Source of the DNA: Octopus vulgaris
Lineage: Eukaryota
DNA: 64,000 nucleotides
Direction: 5' to 3'
Assembly: GCA_951406725.2 (NCBI GenBank)
Contig: OX597819.1
Coordinates: 62,868,001 to 62,932,000, forward strand
Shown here piece after piece: positions 54,700 through 64,000 of this stretch. The notes beneath the pieces were generated by a model. That model was not told the DNA's origin. It ran no database searches and worked only from the letters and a program-made list of their open reading frames with translations. Numbering within the stretch: the first letter of the stretch is position 1; each line of letters opens with the position of its first letter. A program made the position numbers and the translations under genes.

Positions 54700-55934
54700 A
54701 TGGGTTGGCAAGTAAGTTCCGGAGGTTTTTTTTAATTTTAATTTTTTAAAAGGTTTAATAAAAAATAACAGCTAATGTATTCACTCTTGTTGTTCACAAC
54801 TTCTTCCCAACGTTCAACAAGATTTTCAATGCCTCGTCGGTAGAAATCACCAGAATTAGACTGGAAAAATTGATCCAACCAAGCTATCAATTCTGCATCA
54901 GTATTGAACGAAACTCTGCGCATAGCAATTGAAAGAGATCGAAAGAGGTGGAAATCCGTTGGTGCCAAATCAAGAGAGTACGGCGGGTGTGGCAGCATTT
55001 CCCGGTCATACATCTGAATGACTTCCTTAGTCATGTTGGCGATAAGAGGGCGGGCATTATCGTGTAGCAGAACTCCATGCTGCCGATTTTTCTCTTGAAT
55101 AGCCGTGTTGAGTCGTTCCTTTCTGTTGAACACAGATTTCCACGTTTAGCGTTCCGTTCAAGCAATTCGCAATAGATAATCCCTTCCCAGTCCCACCATA
55201 TGCACAACATCGTTTTACGTGGATGACGATCTTGTTTCACGCACGGTGTCGCTTGCTTATCGGGGCTAATCCATTCCTTACGCTGCTTAATATTGATGTA
55301 CAGGCACCATTTTTCGTCGCCAGTAACGATTCGGTAAAGAAATCGCTGCATGTATCATTTGAGTTGAGCGGTGACGAGCAAGCAGACCAGCGGAGATTGT
55401 GGCTCGTTGATTTTTGTTGTCACTTAAAGTATGCGGAACCCATGCTCCATACTTCTGTACCTTTCCCATCGAGTGAAGATGCTTCTCTATAGCAGTGTGG
55501 AAGTATTCCATTTCCTCTGCCAGTTCCCTTGTCGTCTGACGAGAATTTTCGTGCAAAAGTTTGTTTAATCGCTCTTTATCGAACTCAGCTGGACGGCCAG
55601 AACGAGGCACTTCTTTGAGGTAAAAATTTCCAACTTTTGAAATTGGCATACCAATCACGAGCGGTTCTTTCAACTCTGCCACCCTCTCCATACACAGCAC
55701 AAATGTCACGAGCAGCTTTTACGACCTTTGAATCTTGATTAAAAGCAAAAAGGAGGAGGTGTCGAAAATGCTCACTTTTCTTAACTTGACATTCCATTTT
55801 AATGATCTGTAAATAAACAGAAATTAACTAAAATTAAGTAGAAAAAAAATAATAATAAATTTCAAAATGATTCAAAAATAGAATTTTCGAAAAAAAATGG
55901 TTCCAAAACGACGGGAACTTAGTTGCCAACCCAA
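54700..55934 (-). mobile_element. Full-length mariner (DD34D) transposon with frameshifted transposase
   Basis: TIRs tgggttggcaagtaagttcc / ggaacttagttgccaaccca, TA flanks; MECQVKKSEHFRH..., PRSGRP, WVPHTL, IVTGDEKW, MLCIWWD, LHDNARP, HPPYSLDLAPTDFHLF. Confidence 0.95.
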
Positions 55935-55950
55935 TATATGATTACAAGAA

Positions 55951-56165
55951 GGCAGCGAGGTGGCAGAAATATTAGCACGCTGGGAGAAATGCTCAGCAGT
56001 ATTTCATCTGTCTCTACGTTCTCAGTTCAAATTCTGCTGAGGTCGACATTGCATTTCATTCTTTCGGAGTCGATAAATTTAGTACCAGTTGAGTACTGAG
56101 GTCCATCTAATCAACTGGCCCTCTCCCTTAAAATTTCGGGCCTTGCGCCTGGAGTAGAAAAGAAA
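55951..56165 (+). mobile_element. SINE family B
   Basis: ggcagcgaggtggcagaaatattagcacgc... colinear with family B. Confidence 0.8.
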
Positions 56166-57009
56166 AGAATATATGATTACAAGATAGGGGATTGCCTCCA
56201 AAGAGGGCCTACAGATCCATCGTTCTGCTCGGTAATGATGCAAATCTTCACCCAACTTTTGTTCATGAGATTGCTTAAGGTACTTTCATTCATTGAAACC
56301 GTTTTCACCACAGTCATATGTCGTTTGAATAAATTTACTGGACGAGAGCATTTCCATCTCCATTATCATTTAAATGACGAATTGTAATACAAATGAAAAA
56401 AGTAGTTGAGAATGAATGTCATAGAAGTGATTGTTAATGCTTCAAATAGAATAAACATAAAAAAAAATTAATGGAAGATAAATGTCTCAGTAATATGTGT
56501 TAGTATAAATACCACGCAGAGAAAGCTGAACGTATTTATCAACGCCTACTACTCCAGATTTGACAAAGACATATCATGTAAAAAATGATTTCAATGCAAG
56601 TAGAAAACTACTATTCAGTTCAGAGTTGCCTTGGTATCTGGAACTGAAGAGAAGCAATGAGTTCAATATGTATCTATCAGTCCCATAGAAGTTACTCTGA
56701 GCTGACTTGTGTTTTAACTATATTGTGTCTTAAACGGGAATTTTTTCTCTCTCTGACTATCTGCGCTGACAAGTCTTTACATGTTCAAATAACTCTGAAA
56801 TATATTTGAACTGGTTTAAGTTTGTATGGTAAACTAATATATATCATTCACTGAAGGAATTTAATAATGGCTAGAAAAGAAAAACAGAAAACTAATACAA
56901 ATAGCTATAGAAATGAATAAAATAACAAGAAACTGCTTTCAGTCGTCAGAGGCACACACAAATATGGTTGGCTTTGGGTTCGTCAGTTTCCATCCAGGTG
57001 ACACGCAAA

Positions 57010-58022
57010 GGGAGTAAGTCGATTACATAGACTCCAGTGCGTAACTAGTACTCATTTAATCGACCCTGAAAGGATAAAAGGCAAAGTCGACCTCAGCGAA
57101 ATTTGAACTCAGAACGTAATGGCAGACGAAATACCTATTTCTTTACTGCCCACAGGGCGCTACACACAGAGGGGACAAACAAGGACGGGCAAACGGATTA
57201 AGTCGATTATATCGACCCCGAAAGGATGAAAGGCAAAGTCGACCTCGGCGGAATTTGAACTCAGAACGTAGCGGCGGACGAAATACCGCTAAGCATTTGA
57301 TCCGGCGTGCTAACGATTCTGCCAGCTCGCCATCCTAGGCAATAGAAATATTAACGACACTCAGAAAATAGGAGAATTAGGCAGTACAGACAGATTACTT
57401 ATAATGCTTTCAGTTCTGTAGGAAATATAAACAAAAACAAAACAGAACACATACTTATTCATAAAGGAGAGAGCTTCACTGAGGTAAATACATGGAATCC
57501 CAGAATAACAAGCACAAATAAAAACATCCACAAATACGACAATGATTTTTTTAAAGTTTTATATTTTAGAAATGAAAAAAAAATCTCCTCATTAATATTG
57601 GTTTGAAGCTTTGGCATAAGGACAGCAATTTCGAGGGTGAAGGGGAAGTGGATTACATCGGTTTCAGTATTGAAGATCGACCTCAGTACGCAACTGGTAC
57701 TTAATTTATTGACCCCAAAAGTATAAAAAGAAATGTTGTTCTCGGCGAGATTTGAACTCAGAACGTAAAGACAAACGAAATACCTATTTCATTACTACCC
57801 ACAAGGGGCTAAACACAGAGGAAAGACAAACGGATTAAGTCGATCATATCGACCATATCGATCATATCGACCCCAGTGCGTAACTGGTACTTTTTTAATC
57901 GACCCCGAAAGGATAAAAGGCAAAGTCGACCTCGGCGGAATTTGAACTCGGAACGTAACGGCAGACGAAATACTAGTAGGCAGTTCGCCTTGCGTACTAA
58001 CGATTCCTCCAGCTCGTCGCCT
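57010..58022 (-). mobile_element. Two clusters of SINE family B copies (57010-57335 and ~57600-58022)
   Basis: Repeated aaggcaaagtcgacctcggcggaatttgaactcagaacg modules. Confidence 0.8.
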
Positions 58023-58290
58023 TTGTTGTCATTAATATTGGCATAAATAAATTCGATTACATCGAACCCACTTCTCGACAAGTTCTTTATTTTATCTACT
58101 TTAAAGGAATGAAGCTAAACTCGACCCCAGCAGAATTTGAAATTAGTGCGCAATGAGTCGGGAGAAATAAAGCATTTTGTCGAATGCATAAATGGTTTTA
58201 TCAGATCATTATGTTAATAAAACTGATTTAATCAAAAGGCCAGCAACTTAGAGAAAAGTAAAATTTGTTTTTACCATGTTTACAGTTTCT

Positions 58291-58520
58291 TTATTTCTTA
58301 TGATTTATTGACTGTTCTGTTACTTCTTGTTCAATTTCCTCTTCTACGCTGTGGCCATGTTCACCATCTCCTATTGCTTTGAAGATCTCTTCCAGCTCCA
58401 AACGGGATAACCATTGTCTTTCTGTGATAATATTTTTATGATTTAGAAGTCTTTGTTCTATGACAGGGTGCATGTATCTTTCTATCCATGTCTTATCCAT
58501 CGTTTTCTTGCATCCCTAGA
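58291..58520 (-). pseudogene. N-terminal fragment of an R4/Dong-type LINE ORF
   Basis: EQRLLNHKNIITERQWLSRLELEEI resembles the EQRL..Q...I....WLS..ELE.I N-terminal region of this clade. Confidence 0.5.
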
Positions 58521-58933
58521 GTAAAATTTCAAAGAATTCTGTTGTCAACTTGACACTATCTACTAATCTTTGCGGCAGTGTTTAAATGATGACCAGACTC
58601 ATTCAACTTTCTGGTGGTAGACTTACTGCGTGAAGAAATTTTACTCAGAACATAAAAAAGAACGACATATCGCTAAGCATTTAGTACGTTGCGATAACAA
58701 TTATGCCAGCTGGCTGCCTTAATATTTTCTATGTTCTTCCTTCTTTTTCTCTGTGTCTGTCTCCTCTCAACCTTTTACTGCCACATAACATTGTAAATGG
58801 ACAATCTGGTGCCTTCTTTTTTCAATGGCCTATGAATGTATATAGTGATAATCTTTTCCTAGGGTGTCAGGAAGACACTTGGAAGACACGTGGCAAGATA
58901 TGAAAACAAAATTGAAAGAAGGGGATATTAGTA

Positions 58934-58991
<58 letters not shown>

Positions 58992-58994
58992 TTA

Positions 58995-60442
58995 GAGATT
59001 ATGGCATGATCCTACACTCTTGGATAAGTGAATGTTTGAGTATATTCAGTATAACAAACCACATAAGAGAATTAATTAGCTTTAGCATGAAGAAATGGAA
59101 AGTAGATATCTACTCAGGTGACACGCTCATATAGAAAGTTAATACGAACATGGAATTTTCCAAGGAAACTTGTTATTCTCTTTAATATTTCTCTTACGTT
59201 TAATCCCCTTCCTTTCAGTATTAAAAAGGGCAAATGCAAGGGTACCAGTTCAGAAATAGTAAGGGAAAGATTGACCATTTGCTCTACATGGATGATCTGA
59301 AGCTCTTTAGTAAGAATGAAAAAGAGACAGACTCCTTAATACAGACTGTAAGACACTTCAGCAAAGATACAGACATGGAATTTGGCATAGATAAGTGTGT
59401 AATATTTATCATGAGAAGGAGACAGGTAGTCAACAGCGAAGGCATCCAATTATCAGATGGCCAGACATTAAAATCATTGAAAGAAGGAGAGAGTTATCAG
59501 TATCCAAGAGTATTAGAATCTGACAGAATACTAATTATAGAAATGAAAACGAAAATTGAGAAGGAGTACATCAAAAGGGTGAAGAAGCTAATGAAGTCAA
59601 AGCTAAATGGTCCTAATGTAGTGAAGGCTGTAAATACTTGGGTAGTATTATTACTTAGAACTCAGCAGCTTTTGTAGATTGGACAAAAAATGAATTAGCA
59701 AAGCTAGACAGAAGAACTAGGAAGGAATTCAAAATGAATGGAGGACTCCACCCGAGTGCAGGAGTAGCAAGATTATACTTGCCTAGAAATGTAGGCAGAA
59801 GAAGGTATAGCTGTAGAAAACTGCGTGGATTTAGCTAGATTAGATATAGACTCATATGTAGGTAATAGTGATGAAAGTTTATTAAAATCTGCTAGAGTCA
59901 CAGCAAGACATAGGGAAAGCAAACAGCAAACGAAGTTAAAAATCAGAAAAATGAACAGAAATTATCTGGCTTTCAGGAGAAGGCGTTGCATGTTAGATCC
60001 CCAAAGATAGTTTCAGCGAATAGTAGCAGTGATACATGGTAATGATTGCAGAAAGGAAGCTAAAGATGGAGACATAAAATTTGTTTGTAACTGCATAAGA
60101 TCAAGCGTTAAGGACTAATTGGATGAAAGCCAAGATAGACAAAAATCAAGTAGATTCCCAATCTAGGTTATGCAAATCAAAAGAGGAAAGCGTTACTCGT
60201 ATAGTAAGTGGATGTAGCATGCTGGAACAGAAAGAATACAAGAAAAAACATGACAACTTAGGGATAGTAATCAACTGGAAGTTATGTAGAAAGTTAGGAT
60301 TTGAACATACGGTTAACAGGTATGAACACGAACTTAGTAAATACTAGAATGTAAGAAATATAATGGGATGTGGGACTTTAAACTTCAGACTGATAGAATA
60401 ATAAAAGCTAGAAGGCCTGATTTAGTAGTAGTAGTAGTAGTG

Positions 60443-60499
<57 letters not shown>

Positions 60500-60780
60500 A
60501 TAGTAGTAGTATTAGTACTAGTAGATAAAAAGAATATAAAATGCCAGATAATTGACTTTACAGTCCCAAATGATGAAAAAATTAATATGTGAGTTATATG
60601 AGAAATAGCAACCTACCATGACCTACCCATTGCATTGCAGAGACTAAGGAAAGTGCGGATAAAATGGATCCCAGTAGTTATAGGTGCACTGGGAGCAATC
60701 CCTAAAGATTTGAAGAGATGAGGAGAGGAAAAAGGCATAAAATCCAGTTTTGTACAGCTCCAGAAAACATTATTAGGATC
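58995..60780 (+). pseudogene. Degenerate R4/Dong-type non-LTR retrotransposon (RT + restriction-like endonuclease)
   Basis: IDHLLYMDDLKLF, MEFGIDKC, AVNTW, LDRRTRK, RLYLPR..GR, RLCK...ESV..IVSGC...EYKKKHD, WDFKLQTD..IKARRPDL..IIDFTVP, PVVIGALG; adjacent to (TAA)n. Confidence 0.88.
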
Positions 60781-61415
60781 TTTTCTTTTATAACAGTTTA
60801 ATCTGTTGTGTATATATGAACAATAATAATAATATCAAATGTTGGCGCAAGGCCAGCCGATTCGGGGTGGGGTGGAGTGTAAGTCGATTACATCGACCAC
60901 AGTATTCAGCTGGTATTTATTTTATTGGCCCCAAAAGGATAAATGACAAAGTCAGCCTCGCTGGAATTTGAAATCAGAACGTAGCGACAGATGAAATACC
61001 GCGTAGCATTTCACCTGGCGTTCTTCACGAGAGAGAAGAAATTCAAGTCCGCATGGAATTGCATGGTTAGTTCCACTGTGAAAGTAACAACTTAGAAGAT
61101 CAGGGAGCATGATAGAGGTGGCTCAGCAAGGACAAGCTGCCCAGGATCAGGAATTGAATACAAATATAAAGTCAAATATAAAGTTTGTCCCTATTGTCAT
61201 CAGAGCAGTGGATTCAATACCTCCCAACCTGAAGAAACATCTGGAAAATTTAGAAATACCCTACAATCTAGGTGTATTGCAAATATGGGCATTACTTCAA
61301 ACAACACGCATATTGTCTGAGGTCCTTGTTCTGACTTGACAGACAATTCAAACACCCCGGTAGACAGAATATCTTCAATGAACATCACGATACTGGACAC
61401 TGTGCTACGTCTTAG

Positions 61416-61537
<122 letters not shown>

Positions 61538-61539
61538 CC

Positions 61540-61935
61540 AGTTGAGCATGTCCCTTAGTGGCTGACGATATGTGCATCTCTGATCACGAGCAGAAGTAGT
61601 GGGGGAGCATCATAGCCATGTGTTGAGAGGGATTCTTTGGGGTTTGAATAGTTCACCTCTGGAAACATGGGTGGTTCTTTCAACATCCTTAAACAACCCT
61701 TATTCAGGGACCGTTTGAGCGGGATGGGCTACTCAACCTGAAGAAAATTCTAACTGGGCCCCACCTGCAAGGTCATGTGCTGTTTATCTTGATATGAGAT
61801 CACCATGTCGCGCACATATGGTTGTGATGCATGTGCCTGGTGTACCTTTATCAGACGGGTAGTCATGATGGGTATATTAGGCTTCGTATATTTTACCCCA
61901 GTGTCACTTTGATGGCATGAACTGCTCTCTCACTC

Positions 61936-61936
<1 letters not shown>
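61540..61936 (+). mobile_element. Non-coding retroposon segment ending in (TAA)n; second copy at ~63112-63446
   Basis: Two diverged direct copies (catagc.atgtgttgagagg...gtgtcactttgatggcatg.actgctct.tcact), each embedded in TAA/TGA repeats. Confidence 0.7.
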
Positions 61937-61971
<35 letters not shown>

Positions 61972-61974
61972 CTG

Positions 61975-63000
61975 AAAATAGGTGGATAAAGAAAAGAGGT
62001 GACTATGGATGACTAAGAGTGATTTAAAACTGGAAACGGAGGCTCTAATCTTTGCTGGCCAATAGCAAGTGTCCAGAACCAATTACATAAAATACAGAAT
62101 AGAGGACACATTAGAAAGTGATGAGTGCAGTATTTGTGGATAAAATAGTGAAACCGTATGGCGAATTACCAGATAGTGCACGTCACTAGCCCAGAAAGAG
62201 TGTATATTTCTTTATTGCCCACAGGGGGATCAACCTAGAGGGAACAAACAAGGAAAGACAAAGGGATTAAGTCGATTACATCGACCCAGTGCGTAATTGG
62301 TACTTACTTAATCGACCCCGAAAGAATGAAAGGCAAAGTCGACCTCAGAACGTAACGGCAAACTGCTAAGTATTTCACCCGGCATCTTAACGATTCTGCC
62401 AGCTCACCGCCCTTCTCAAAGAGAGTATAGGAGGTGTCATGGCAATATGGCAAGGATTGGCCACTGGACACTTTGCAACAAGTATGGACTTGACAGAGAA
62501 AAAAATTGGTACGAACATAATCCTGAATGCATCATCGAAAATGATAAAGCAAAATCCTATGGGATTTTATGATTCAGTGCGACCATGAGATAGAGAATAG
62601 GAAACCAGACATAGTGTTAATTGAGAAAGAAAGTAAACGAGTCTGGATCATAGATATAGCATGCCCAGCTGTCAACAAGGTATGCAATAAGGAACACAAA
62701 AAGGTCGATAGATATGACAGGTTAGCGTGGGAAGTTAAGCAGTTGTGGTCGCTGAAAAAGGTGGTAGTGGTACCAAGAATTGTCGGAGCCGTGGGAGCAG
62801 TGAGTAAAAATCTTGAGAAGTACATGGAACAAGTAGGGGATTCAATAAGTGTGGAGTACTCGCAGAAAACAGCAGTGCTTGGAACTGCTCGAATACTCCG
62901 TAAGATGCTCGAAAGATAATGGGTGTTACCTTAGTTCACTGGTAATGAACAGCTGGGACCATAGTACACCTCCAGTGTTAGAATCTGTGCAAAAACAAGA
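61975..63000 (+). pseudogene. R4/Dong-type LINE 3' fragment interrupted by a family B SINE (62205-62412, minus)
   Basis: LKLETEALIFAGQ, WYEHNPE, WDFMIQCDHEIENRKPDIVLIEK...IIDIACP...IVGAVG...QKTAVLGTARILRK, then (TAA)n. Confidence 0.85.
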
Positions 63001-63035
63001 TAATAATAATGATAATAATAATAATAATAATAATG

Positions 63036-63093
<58 letters not shown>

Positions 63094-63447
63094 TAATAAT
63101 ATTAATATATATCATAGCTATGTGTTGAGAGGAATTCTTAGGGTTTGGATAATTCACCTTTGGAAACATGGGTGCTTTGTTCAATATCCTTAAACCACCC
63201 TTATTCAGGGACCTTTTGAGTGGATGATCTACTCGACCCGAAGAAAACATTAACTGGGCCCCACCTGGAAGGTCATGCGCTGTTTCTTTTGACTTGAAAT
63301 CACGTCGCGCATATATAGTCGCGCATATATAGTTGTGATGCATGTGCTTGGCGTACCCTTATCAAACTGGTAGTCATGAAAGTTAAACTGGCCTTCGTAT
63401 ATTTTACCCCTGTGTCACTTTGATGGCATGCACTGCTCTGTCACTGA

Positions 63448-63491
<44 letters not shown>

Positions 63492-63495
63492 AATG

Positions 63496-63554
<59 letters not shown>

Positions 63555-63555
<1 letters not shown>

Positions 63556-64000
63556 GCTACTGACTTGTAATAAGCTGCACCATCCAAAGGCAGACGTCGA
63601 TCGCCTTTACCTTCCCAGAGCTCAGGGAGGTCGAGGTTTGATCCAGCTTGAACTTACATACAAAACCACCACAATCGGACTGGCCAAATACCTTGAAGCA
63701 ACCAACGATTGGATGCTAAAATTTGTTGAAAAACATGAAAGACCTAAAAAACTTCACTCTATTCTCAAAGAGAGCAAAAAATTCGCTGCTGATCTCTTAG
63801 ATACCCACCAAATTGAGAAGGCTGAAGGAAATGCGCCAACTGCAGCTGCAAAGAAAATAAAATTAATTGCAAAGACAAAAGCTCATGAAAATTTAGCTAG
63901 CAGATGGGAACAGAAACCTCTCCATGGCAAGTATGTGGCCCGTGGCAAACAAACTGATGTCGACCAGAAACACACGCACCAATGGTTACGAAGTTCAGAG
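63555..64000 (+). mobile_element. R4/Dong-type LINE internal fragment (continues beyond window)
   Basis: LHHPKADVDRLYLPRAQGGRGLIQLE...WEQKPLHGKY...HQWLRS, starting immediately after (TAA)n. Confidence 0.85.

Overview
AT-rich, microsatellite-dense animal genomic DNA. The SINE/LINE repertoire suggests a cephalopod such as Octopus (inference). The window is almost entirely mobile elements: a near-intact Penelope-like retroelement (RT + C-terminal GIY-YIG, 384-bp pseudo-LTRs each with a variant minimal hammerhead, one in-frame TAG), mariner/Tc1, hAT-type MITEs, a Helitron with a nested CR1 3' end, a piggyBac remnant, R4/Dong-type LINE fragments in (TAA)n, and many copies of two tRNA-derived SINE families. 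The most notable feature is at 39004-41367: a young array of ~490-bp units (about 3.2 head-to-tail, then about 1.6 inverted) inserted in (TA)n. It contains four complete canonical type I hammerhead ribozymes whose stem II is extended by a 19-bp G-U-rich hairpin, consistent with a retrozyme / circular-RNA-producing element. Other unrelated hammerhead motifs are scattered in the window. Host-gene evidence is limited to a few candidate exons. Most short ORFs in the track are microsatellite artefacts.
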